A stretch of 64,000 nucleotides of DNA, from assembly GCA_019752815.1 (NCBI GenBank), contig JAIELQ010000014.1, positions 1,035-65,034 on the forward strand. The letters are read 5' to 3'. The DNA is from Patescibacteria group bacterium (GTDB lineage Bacteria > Patescibacteriota > Minisyncoccia > Phycocordibacterales > UBA918). The translations under genes and the position numbers were made by a program. The notes beneath the pieces are model-generated. The model saw only the letters and a list, made by a program, of their open reading frames with translations, had not been told where the DNA came from and made no database searches. This document shows positions 28,873-37,556 of this stretch, one piece after another (positions within the stretch are counted from its first letter, which is position 1; every line of letters starts with the position of its first letter).

Positions 28873-29700
28873 ATGCACGTTCAAAAAAATGCTCCCCAAT
28901 TTATTGGTATTGGTGGTAAAGGGTGTGGGCTGGCGCTCGTGACCGACCTCCTTGATGTCCATCCACAAATTAATAGCCCAATTCCGTCGCTACGGTTTTT
29001 TAGTGGGAGCGCCTATACTGAAAATGATTTATCAAAATACGTTGAGGCGTTATGTTTGGTGCCACCGCCGGCGGTGTGTGGCGAATCATGTCCTGAATAC
29101 TTAACCACGAGCGGAGTGGCAGAGAGAATTGCCCATACCTACCCCGATACCAAATTATTTGTAGTAGTACGAAACCCAATTGATCGGGCGATTGTTGAGT
29201 ACCAGCATGCGCGAGCTGCTCAAAAGATTCCAAAAAACATGACGTGTGCGCAGTATCTGACGAATCATCCTGAAGCTCAGACTGACGGTTTCTTTGGACG
29301 ACACCTGACACAATATTTCACCATTTACACGTCGCTTCAATTGTATGTGATGGTCTATGAAGATTTTGTAAAAGAACCTTTGAAATCAATGCAGAAACTG
29401 TATGATTTTTTAGAGATTGATAAAGAGTTTGTCCCCAAACGATTAGCCGCCTATGCGCCACCCCCGGAAGAACCAAAACATCCAGGACGCATCAAGAGGC
29501 TCTTTAGGTTGATAGGGAAGTTGCTGAAAAAAATTCATCCCAAAAAAGAGTTTGGTCCGCTCACGCCACCGGCACCTACTCATCTTAATTATTTTAGCGA
29601 GGCTGAGCTCGCAGTGTTTAAAAGAACCTTTGCTGCGGATGCGGCACAGTTGTCTAATTTGGTGCATAGAGACATGGTGGTTGAATGGAGTTTGGAGTAG
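28873..29700 (+). CDS. Sulfotransferase-fold protein (degenerate PAPS loop)
   Basis: PQFIGIG, HPQI, GESCPEY, VVRNPIDRA, YEDF, LYDFLEI. Confidence 0.75.
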   Translation: MHVQKNAPQFIGIGGKGCGLALVTDLLDVHPQINSPIPSLRFFSGSAYTENDLSKYVEALCLVPPPAVCGESCPEYLTTSGVAERIAHTYPDTKLFVVVRNPIDRAIVEYQHARAAQKIPKNMTCAQYLTNHPEAQTDGFFGRHLTQYFTIYTSLQLYVMVYEDFVKEPLKSMQKLYDFLEIDKEFVPKRLAAYAPPPEEPKHPGRIKRLFRLIGKLLKKIHPKKEFGPLTPPAPTHLNYFSEAELAVFKRTFAADAAQLSNLVHRDMVVEWSLE

Positions 29701-29821
29701 TTGCCTCTAAAAACGAAGTATTTCGTTGTTGCATTTCAAAAAATAATATTCAACGTACAAAAAGTACGCCTCATATTATTTTTTTCATGCGCCTAGAACT
29801 ACACTCGTTTTTAAAGACAAC
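29700..29821. repeat. Dispersed palindromic element, copy 3
   Basis: IR GTTGCCTCTAAAAACGA/TCGTTTTTAAAGACAAC; core TCAACGTAC-N5-GTACGCCTC; GCGCCTAGAA. Confidence 0.7.
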
Positions 29822-29876
29822 TTTCGACTAATTTATGTTAATGACTGGGTTTTTATCTAGTTTTGCACTGACTGTG

Positions 29877-29905
29877 GCACCTCGTCTAGGGTGGGGTGCT
29901 TTTTT
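29877..29905 (+). terminator. Probable terminator
   Basis: GCACCTCG-N7-TGGGGTGC plus T6. Confidence 0.55.
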
Positions 29906-29991
29906 GGATATGGTATATTTATCACTATTATGAACTCAGGGTCACCTGAGGGCACAGGTATAGTATCCATTAATTATAATTTATAAAGAGT

Positions 29992-32208
29992 ATGTCGAAC
30001 CAAACACAAAAGTCACAAAATGGCATCGCTGATATTTTAAAAGGAATAATTTTTATTGGTTTGTTTGCGGTCCCGTTTTTGACACTCTATGTCGAAAATG
30101 ATTTTTTCTTTCCTTTTATTACCGGTAAAAACTTTTTGTTTCGGATTATTGTAGAAATTGTGTTGGCGGCTTGGGTAGTGTTGGCACTCTATGATACGCG
30201 GTACCGTCCAAAGTTTTCCTGGATTCTGGGAACGTTTGGGATTTTAATTGCAGTGATGTTAGCTGCGAACTTGCAGGCCGAGCACGTGCTGACTGCTATC
30301 TGGAGTAACTTTGAACGAATGGATGGGTACGTCACACTGGTGCACGTGTTCGCCTATTTTGTGGTGCTCGGTACTATGCTCCAAACACCAAAGGCCTGGT
30401 CGTATTTCCTCCATACGACGGTAGTGGTGGCTGGTATTGTAGCGTTGAAGGGGCTTTCACAGTTATCGGGTAGTGCGACTCGGGTAGATAGTACGCTTGG
30501 TAACGCAGCCTACATGGCCGTGTACATGTTGTTCCATATCTTCTTTTTGTTCTATCTGTTTATCCAAACTAAGGTCACGCCCTATCGTGTTGTCTACGTG
30601 TTGTTGGCCATCCTCTTTATGTATGTGTTGCTGCAAACCGGAACACGGGGGACAGCAATTGGATTAGTGACCGGTTCGATTGCGATGGTGGGGTACATTG
30701 CGTTGTTTGGTTCACGATTTAAACAAGCGCGAAAATATGCGTTGGGGGCACTTGTGGGTATTGTGCTTTTGTCAGCTGGGTTTATGGCTGCACGAGACAC
30801 GGCATTTATTCAAAATAACCCGTCTCTCTCACGTGTTGCCAATATTGACTTAGGGAACGACCTGCGCATTCGATCTATTATTTGGGGGATGTCAGTCGAA
30901 GGTATCAAAGAAAAACCATTGCTCGGCTGGGGTCAAGGTAACTTCAACTACGTTTTTAATGAGCAGTACGATCCGCGCCTCTTCCAGCAAGAACAATGGT
31001 TCGATCGCGTGCACAACATTGTGTTTGACTGGTTGATTGCAGGTGGTATTATCGGACTCGTATCATACTTCTCGATTTTTGCAGCTCTGTTCTACTATCT
31101 AGTAATCAAGCCAATTCGTCATCCCGATACATCGATGACAGTGATTGAACGAGGGGTGCTCGTGGGGTTGATTGTGGGCTACGTTACGCACAATTTGGTG
31201 GTATTTGATAATATCGTCAGTTACATTTTCTTTGGTACTATCATTGCGCTCATTCACAGCAAGATTAGTACACCGATACCAAAAGTGATGGCGTTTAAAA
31301 TGCCATCAGTTCTCGTGACACAAATTGTGTTGCCGGCGATGATTGTCGTTACAGGAGCAGTTGTCTATTTTGTGAACATTCCGAGTATGCAAGCAGCGGG
31401 TGATGTGATTGTTGCGTTCCAAGGAACAACACTTGAAGCGCGGTACGATGGATTTGATGTGGCACTTAATCGTGATTCATTTGCTAAACAAGAAATTGTT
31501 GAACAATTTGCGCAACAAGCAATGGGTATTGCCCAAACGACTGAAGGTGTGGATCCGGCTACAAAAGAAAAATTCATGACCCGGGCTGAGACAGAGTTGC
31601 TTAAGATGGTAGAAGAAAAACCAGGCGATGCTCGACTCCATGTATTTCTAGCAAGTTACTACCGGGCTACGGGAAATATTGAGAAGGCTAAAGAACAAAT
31701 GGCTACCGCACGGTCTCTTTCGCCAGGTAAGCAAGCAATTATCCTACAACAAGGGGCAATTGAATTGTCGTTGGGTAACAACACTGGCGCGCGGGATTTC
31801 TTTAAAGAAGCGTACGAGCTCGATACAACCAATGACGAAGCCAAAGAGTATTACATTGCATCGTTGTTCTATACCAAAGAGCCAGCAATGGCACAAACAC
31901 TCATTACTGAATCAACTCCCGAGTTCACGGCTCGATTGGCAGCAAGCGACTTTGTTTTAAGTGCTGTGAATGCAGCGGGCGAATATGCCACCCTCGCCAC
32001 ACTCTACGAAGCGCGTGTTACAAACAATGGTAGTAATGCCCAGGACTGGGCGAGCCTTGCCTTTGTGTACTACCAACTTAAACAAAACGATAAAGCTATC
32101 GAGACACTAACGCGCGCTAAAACAGCCGTGCCGTCGTTTAGTACTGCCGCAGAGTGTTTCAGTGCTAACATTGCAAAAGGAGTGTCTCCAGAAGTTGGTT
32201 GTCAGTAG
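29992..32208 (+). CDS. O-antigen ligase / O-oligosaccharyltransferase (Wzy_C) family protein with C-terminal TPR-like helices
   Basis: Multi-TM; STLGNAAY, TGTRG, PLLGWG, DRVHN, GGIIG; helical repeats in the C-terminal region. Confidence 0.82.
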   Translation: MSNQTQKSQNGIADILKGIIFIGLFAVPFLTLYVENDFFFPFITGKNFLFRIIVEIVLAAWVVLALYDTRYRPKFSWILGTFGILIAVMLAANLQAEHVLTAIWSNFERMDGYVTLVHVFAYFVVLGTMLQTPKAWSYFLHTTVVVAGIVALKGLSQLSGSATRVDSTLGNAAYMAVYMLFHIFFLFYLFIQTKVTPYRVVYVLLAILFMYVLLQTGTRGTAIGLVTGSIAMVGYIALFGSRFKQARKYALGALVGIVLLSAGFMAARDTAFIQNNPSLSRVANIDLGNDLRIRSIIWGMSVEGIKEKPLLGWGQGNFNYVFNEQYDPRLFQQEQWFDRVHNIVFDWLIAGGIIGLVSYFSIFAALFYYLVIKPIRHPDTSMTVIERGVLVGLIVGYVTHNLVVFDNIVSYIFFGTIIALIHSKISTPIPKVMAFKMPSVLVTQIVLPAMIVVTGAVVYFVNIPSMQAAGDVIVAFQGTTLEARYDGFDVALNRDSFAKQEIVEQFAQQAMGIAQTTEGVDPATKEKFMTRAETELLKMVEEKPGDARLHVFLASYYRATGNIEKAKEQMATARSLSPGKQAIILQQGAIELSLGNNTGARDFFKEAYELDTTNDEAKEYYIASLFYTKEPAMAQTLITESTPEFTARLAASDFVLSAVNAAGEYATLATLYEARVTNNGSNAQDWASLAFVYYQLKQNDKAIETLTRAKTAVPSFSTAAECFSANIAKGVSPEVGCQ

Positions 32209-32219
32209 GTCTCACAGTC

Positions 32220-33230
32220 ATGTCGTATCAGGTTCAATCAAAGGTGGCTTTGGCACCGTACACGACATTAAAAACGGGTGGCGATGCTGAATACTTTGTT
32301 ACCGTTGAAAATACCGAAGATCTAAAAAAGGCAGTTGCGTTTGCAAAGCAAGCGCAACTGCCTTTTTGTGTCCTTGGTGGTGGTTCAAATATGCTGGTAC
32401 CTGACGCAGGCTACCCGGGGGTAGTGATACAGATGAAGCTGGCTGGAGTGACCTATACGACTTTGGATGAGACCACGTACACGGTGACCGTGGCAGCCGG
32501 GGAAGTGCTTGATGTGCTCGTGGAAGCTACAGTAGCGAGACAATTGTGGGGCCTCGAAAACCTGTCTCATATTCCCGGGAGTGTGGGTGCGACGCCAGTA
32601 CAAAATGTTGGAGCCTACGGCGTTGAAGTTGCTGATGTGATTAGTGAAGTAATAGTATTCGACACAAATACAAATAAAATTATCACACTACAAAATTCTG
32701 ATTGTCAGTTTTCGTATCGACATTCAATCTTTAAAGAAAAAAATAATCTAATCATATTGAGTGTTACGTTCATACTGCACAAAAATCCCAATCCAAAAAT
32801 TGCGTATGCAGATTTAGCACAGCGGACACCAAAGAATCCATTCCCACGTGATGTGCGCACTACGGTCATTGCCATCCGTGCAGAGAAATTTCCTGACTGG
32901 ACTATTGTGGGCACGGCCGGTTCGTTTTTTAAAAACCCCATGGTACCCCACGCGCATGCACAGGAGTTAGCATTAAAATACCCTGCATTACCAATGTATC
33001 CGAGCAGCGATGGACAGACTAAAATATCGTTAGGCTATGTGCTGGATAAAATTTGTGGACTCAAAGGTTTTGCAATTGGTCCAGTACGATTGTATGAGAA
33101 GCAGGCGTTAGTGTTGGTGGCAGAAGCTGGTGCAACAACTACGGACATAAAAAATTTTGTAAAAATAATTTCTGAAAAAGTTTTTGCACACACCGCAATA
33201 AAAATTTCTCAAGAAGTGACTGAAATATAA
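32220..33230 (+). CDS. murB: UDP-N-acetylenolpyruvoylglucosamine reductase
   Basis: LGGGSN, GLENLSHIPGSVGATPVQNVGAYG, FSYRHSIFK, AGSFFKNP. Confidence 0.93.
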   Translation: MSYQVQSKVALAPYTTLKTGGDAEYFVTVENTEDLKKAVAFAKQAQLPFCVLGGGSNMLVPDAGYPGVVIQMKLAGVTYTTLDETTYTVTVAAGEVLDVLVEATVARQLWGLENLSHIPGSVGATPVQNVGAYGVEVADVISEVIVFDTNTNKIITLQNSDCQFSYRHSIFKEKNNLIILSVTFILHKNPNPKIAYADLAQRTPKNPFPRDVRTTVIAIRAEKFPDWTIVGTAGSFFKNPMVPHAHAQELALKYPALPMYPSSDGQTKISLGYVLDKICGLKGFAIGPVRLYEKQALVLVAEAGATTTDIKNFVKIISEKVFAHTAIKISQEVTEI

Positions 33231-33267
33231 TTTTAAAAAAATAAAAAATATTTTTTACAAAAAAATC

Positions 33268-33276
33268 TTATCCACA
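33268..33276 (+). promoter_or_regulatory. Perfect DnaA box in an AT-rich spacer
   Basis: TTATCCACA. Confidence 0.45.
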
Positions 33277-33423
33277 TTTTTATTTTAAAAAAAATTGTGC
33301 TAACTATTTTTACGAGGGATAATACTAGTAAGCAGACATTTCTCATTGATAAGTTCTTTGAAAAATAAAGAGGGTGTCATGCGGTCGAAATTTAATCACT
33401 AAAAATCTCACCACAAAAATTTT

Positions 33424-33585
33424 ATGGCAGTAGCAAAAAAGAAGGTAGCCAAGAAAGCGGTAAAGAAAGTAGCTAAGAAGGCTGTAAAGAAAGTAGCCAA
33501 GAAAGCGGTAAAGAAAGTAGCAAAAAAAGCTACTAAGAAAGTAGTAAAGAAGGCAGCAAAAAAAGCACCAGCACGCAAGAAATAA
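33424..33585 (+). CDS. Lys/Ala-rich histone H1-like (Hc1/Hc2-type) small protein, 53 aa
   Basis: MAVAKKKVAKKAVKKVAKKAVKKVAKKAVKKVAKKATKKVVKKAAKKAPARKK; synonymous variation between repeats; followed by a terminator. Confidence 0.82.
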   Translation: MAVAKKKVAKKAVKKVAKKAVKKVAKKAVKKVAKKATKKVVKKAAKKAPARKK

Positions 33586-33612
33586 AACATTTGCGCGTGC
33601 GCTTTATAGCAT

Positions 33613-33644
33613 AATCGCTCCTCCGGGAGCGATTTTGCTTTTTT
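33613..33644 (+). terminator. Rho-independent terminator
   Basis: AATCGCTCC-N4-GGAGCGATT plus a T-rich tail. Confidence 0.75.
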
Positions 33645-33680
33645 GTGTTTAGGTTCAAAACCATATATACTAGGCGGATT

Positions 33681-36197
33681 ATGTCATTTTTAGATAAATT
33701 TTTTGGTCCAAGCTACGAGCGTGAGTTGGCGCTTTTAGCACCGTTAGTGGTCGCGATTAATGCGCAAGAGACTGACACTGTGAAGTTAACTGATGCTGAG
33801 CTTGTTGCCCGCACTCAATCGCTTAAGGAGCGTGTGCAAAACGGTGAGTCACTTGATGATGTGCTCGTCGAGGCATTTGCGCTGGTGCGCGAATCGAGCA
33901 AGCGAACGATGAGCATGCGACATTTTGATGTACAGCTCTTAGGAGGTATTTTGTTGCATCAGGGAAAAATTACTGAAATGCGTACCGGAGAAGGTAAGAC
34001 CCTCGTTGGGACGTTGCCGGCGTATTTAAATGCCCTTAGTGGTAATGGAGTTCATGTCGTAACTGTGAACGATTACTTGGCACGACGTGACGGGGTGTGG
34101 ATGGGACAAATCTATGCTGCCTTGGGCTTGAGTGTCGGTATTATCAATGGCAGCGGATCATATTTGTATGACCCAACACATTCAGAGCAAGATGCACAGC
34201 GTGATGAGACCGGTTCATTTAAAATTGTGTATGATTTTCTGCGTCCGTGTACTCGCAAAGAAGCCTACGCTGCTGATATTACCTACGGTACCAATAGTGA
34301 GTTTGGGTTTGACTACCTTCGTGACAATATTGAATTTGAGGCAGAGCATGTACGACAACGCGGCCATCACTTCGCCATTATTGACGAAATCGACTCAATT
34401 TTAATTGATGAGGCCCGAACACCATTAATTATTTCAGCTCCGGCAGCAGACTCAGAAAATCTCTATGAGCTGTTTGCTTCCATTGCCCGGAATTTAAAAA
34501 AAGACGAACACTTTACTGTAGATGAAAAACTCCGTAGCGCTACGCTAACTGATGCGGGGATCGAAGCGGCCGAAAAAATGCTGGGTGTTGAAAATATTTA
34601 TACCGACAAAGGTATTAAGTATGTGCACCATTTGGAAACAGCGGTCAAAGCCAAGGCTCTATATAACGCTGATAAAGAGTACGTGGTGCGTGATAACGAG
34701 ATAGTTATTGTTGATGAGTTTACAGGACGTATGCAACCGGGTCGTCGCTGGTCTGATGGGTTGCACCAAGCCGTTGAAGCCAAAGAAGGAGTGCAGATAC
34801 AACGTGAATCACGTACCTATGCCTCGGTAACCTACCAAAACTATTTCCGTATGTATGATAAGTTGGCAGGCATGACGGGAACGGCCCTTACCTCACAAGA
34901 AGAGTTTTATACCGTGTATAAACTAGAAGTAGTACCAGTGCCAACTCACCGTAAGGTACAGCGAACTGACTTAAACGATTTAATCTACCAAAATGAAGCC
35001 GGGAAATTTACCGCTATTATTAATCGGGTGAAGGAGGTGAATGCGACCAAACAGCCGCTCTTGATTGGTACCGCATCCATTGAATCAAACGAACGGTTGT
35101 CGGCAGCACTTTCTAAAGCCGGAGTACAACATGAGATGCTTAACGCTAAAAATCACGAACGAGAAGGTGAAATTATTGCGGGCGCCGGGAGAATGGGTGC
35201 CGTAACGCTCGCCACCAACATGGCCGGTCGTGGGGTAGATATTAAGCTCGGTGGCCCAACTGCGACTGAAGAAGAAGCAGCCGCTGTTAAAGCGCTCGGT
35301 GGGCTATTTGTCCTCGGTACTGAGCGACACGAAGCGCGTCGCATCGATAACCAGTTACGCGGCCGTTCAGGACGGCAGGGAGATTTAGGAACGACTCAAT
35401 TTTTCGTTTCGATGGAAGACTCGCTCATGCGTATTTTTGGTGGGGAGCGTGTTAAACGCCTCATGGGCACATTTGGTATTCCAGAAGATCAACCTATTGA
35501 AATGAAGATGATATCGCGGCAACTTGAATCAGCCCAAACGCGTATTGAAGGTTTCCACTTTGATGCCCGCAAGCAAGTGTTGGCGTACGATGATATTCTA
35601 AATCAGCAACGTATCGCAACCTATGCTCGCAGACGAAAATTACTCGTCGGTGACGAAGAAGAAGTGGCTGCAGTGTTGTCGGAATTGATTGCCCTTTCGG
35701 ATGAGGCAGCGGCTGCAGTAGCAGCCAAACGAGCTGAATTAGGTGAAGAGCAATTCATGAAGCTTTTCCAGCGACTGGCCCTGCAAATGATTGATACCCT
35801 GTGGGTAGAGCATCTTGAAGTAATGAACTACACTCGTAACAGTGTGAATTTGCGCGCCTACGGTCAACGTGATCCACTGGTTGAATACCGCACTGAAGGT
35901 ACCCGATTATTTGCTGAAATGAAAGCAGCAGTCCTTTCCCGCATAATGGAAGTGCTACCAAAAATGGTGCCACAAATTGTTGAACGTGAAGCAGCGGCAC
36001 TGCAAAAACAAGCCGAAGCAGTTATCGCCAGTAGTACCCAAAAGAGCGAAACCGCACCAACGAACAAGCCTGCAGTGGCACCTGATGAACCAAATCGCAA
36101 TGATATCGTTACCATTACCAATGGAACAGAAACAAAAGAATTAAAGTATAAAAAAGCGGCTGAGTTTATCGCTAACGGATGGGTACTCAAAAAGTAG
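33681..36197 (+). CDS. secA: Preprotein translocase ATPase SecA
   Basis: EMRTGEGKT, VTVNDYLA, IDEIDSILIDEARTP, ATNMAGRG, DNQLRGRSGRQGD. Confidence 0.97.
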   Translation: MSFLDKFFGPSYERELALLAPLVVAINAQETDTVKLTDAELVARTQSLKERVQNGESLDDVLVEAFALVRESSKRTMSMRHFDVQLLGGILLHQGKITEMRTGEGKTLVGTLPAYLNALSGNGVHVVTVNDYLARRDGVWMGQIYAALGLSVGIINGSGSYLYDPTHSEQDAQRDETGSFKIVYDFLRPCTRKEAYAADITYGTNSEFGFDYLRDNIEFEAEHVRQRGHHFAIIDEIDSILIDEARTPLIISAPAADSENLYELFASIARNLKKDEHFTVDEKLRSATLTDAGIEAAEKMLGVENIYTDKGIKYVHHLETAVKAKALYNADKEYVVRDNEIVIVDEFTGRMQPGRRWSDGLHQAVEAKEGVQIQRESRTYASVTYQNYFRMYDKLAGMTGTALTSQEEFYTVYKLEVVPVPTHRKVQRTDLNDLIYQNEAGKFTAIINRVKEVNATKQPLLIGTASIESNERLSAALSKAGVQHEMLNAKNHEREGEIIAGAGRMGAVTLATNMAGRGVDIKLGGPTATEEEAAAVKALGGLFVLGTERHEARRIDNQLRGRSGRQGDLGTTQFFVSMEDSLMRIFGGERVKRLMGTFGIPEDQPIEMKMISRQLESAQTRIEGFHFDARKQVLAYDDILNQQRIATYARRRKLLVGDEEEVAAVLSELIALSDEAAAAVAAKRAELGEEQFMKLFQRLALQMIDTLWVEHLEVMNYTRNSVNLRAYGQRDPLVEYRTEGTRLFAEMKAAVLSRIMEVLPKMVPQIVEREAAALQKQAEAVIASSTQKSETAPTNKPAVAPDEPNRNDIVTITNGTETKELKYKKAAEFIANGWVLKK

Positions 36198-36199
36198 CT

Positions 36200-36552
36200 C
36201 TCGAACTTTCTCAAACGGTGAATGAAGAAACGAGCGTAGCGATTATTCTGAATTTCACCACAAGGGCATACCCATTTTTATGGTCGAGCAAAGCTCTTCC
36301 TAAAAATTAGATAATGTCCCGATTTTTCCTCCTAAGGAAAATCGCTGGACCGCATTTCGTCGATATTTCCCTTGCCCTTCTTACAGAAGCTGTCCACTCA
36401 TTGGCTAGGTTGTTTCTCAAGTTCACAACCTAACTCAATGAGTCTTGCGGAAGCTCTTTAGTTCGCTTCCTCACCTAGAACTTTAGTCATTTATTGAAGG
36501 TTTGACCGTAGCCTAAAATCGCGGAAAATAAGCCGAGTCATTGCTAATTCGG
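36200..36552. other. Highly structured intergenic region (candidate ncRNA or non-autonomous element)
   Basis: At least six hairpins plus long-range pairing; no ORF of 60 aa or more. Confidence 0.4.
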
Positions 36553-36577
36553 TATATTAATGGTATTACTTAGGGCT

Positions 36578-37546
36578 ATGTTTGTAGATCAATTAACACT
36601 ATTTGCCAAAGCCGGTAAGGGAGGGGACGGGGTAGAACGGTGGCGACATGAAAAATTCGTTGCTATGGCAGGGCCGGCGGGTGGCGATGGGGGAAATGGG
36701 GGCGACATTTATGTCGAGGCTGTTCGTGATCTAGGGCTCCTTTCTAAGTATACGGGTGACCCTGTATTTGAAGCTGATAACGGTGAGGATGGACAAAACG
36801 GCAGTAAACACGGCCGTAGTGCCAAGGACCTGACTATTAAAGTTCCTGTAGGGTCCATTGTGACTGATGTTAAACGTAACCGTACCTACGAGTTTTTTAC
36901 CGAGGGTGTGCGTGAGCGAGTGTTTAAAGGTGGTCAGGGAGGCTTGGGTAATGAACACTTTAAATCATCTACTAACCGATCACCAAAAGAAACTACAAAA
37001 GGGAAGCCTGGCGAAGAGGGAGAGCTCAAAGTTGAGCTGACGCTCGTCGTTGATGTTGGGTTAATTGGGCAACCAAATGCCGGCAAGTCGACGCTTTTAA
37101 ATACCTTTACCAACGCCAAGAGTGCTGTCGGAGCGTACCCGTTTACCACCTTACAACCACACCTAGGAGATTTATTTGGGTTTGTTATTGCGGACATCCC
37201 AGGTCTTATTGAGGGTGCTTCACAGGGGAAGGGGTTGGGGCATACGTTCCTGCGTCACGTTACTCGAACAAAAATGCTCATGCACCTCGTGTCACTCGAG
37301 CATGAAGACCCAGTAAAAGAGTACTACACCATTTTAAATGAGCTATCTTCATACCACAAAGACTTGCTAGAAAAAGAAGAATGGATTATTTTTACTAAAA
37401 AAGACCTTGCAAATCAACACCAATTAGACGCTATACAAAAGTTTATTGACAGCTCTGAGAAACGTGTCTTTGTTATATCTACAGAAAGTGGAGAAGGAGT
37501 AAAAAATCTCCAGGATACCCTTGTGCAGCACTTACGTACCGCGTAA
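36578..37546 (+). CDS. obgE: GTPase Obg/CgtA
   Basis: Gly-rich Obg fold, GQPNAGKS, YPFTT, DIPG, TKKD. Confidence 0.95.
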   Translation: MFVDQLTLFAKAGKGGDGVERWRHEKFVAMAGPAGGDGGNGGDIYVEAVRDLGLLSKYTGDPVFEADNGEDGQNGSKHGRSAKDLTIKVPVGSIVTDVKRNRTYEFFTEGVRERVFKGGQGGLGNEHFKSSTNRSPKETTKGKPGEEGELKVELTLVVDVGLIGQPNAGKSTLLNTFTNAKSAVGAYPFTTLQPHLGDLFGFVIADIPGLIEGASQGKGLGHTFLRHVTRTKMLMHLVSLEHEDPVKEYYTILNELSSYHKDLLEKEEWIIFTKKDLANQHQLDAIQKFIDSSEKRVFVISTESGEGVKNLQDTLVQHLRTA

Positions 37547-37556
37547 AATTACCCCC

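Noticed and set aside
33231-33310. Possible oriC (AT-rich tract plus DnaA box)
   Set aside because: Only one perfect box, no dnaA/dnaN nearby, and no switch in gene orientation
33408-33590. Minus-strand Phe/Ala/Thr-rich 60-aa ORF
   Set aside because: Antisense shadow of the plus-strand Lys-rich gene, whose terminator orientation supports the plus strand
36200-36552. RNase P RNA, tRNA or group I intron
   Set aside because: GAGGAA and CGGCTTA occur on the minus strand in the wrong order; no cloverleaf or P7 core could be assembled
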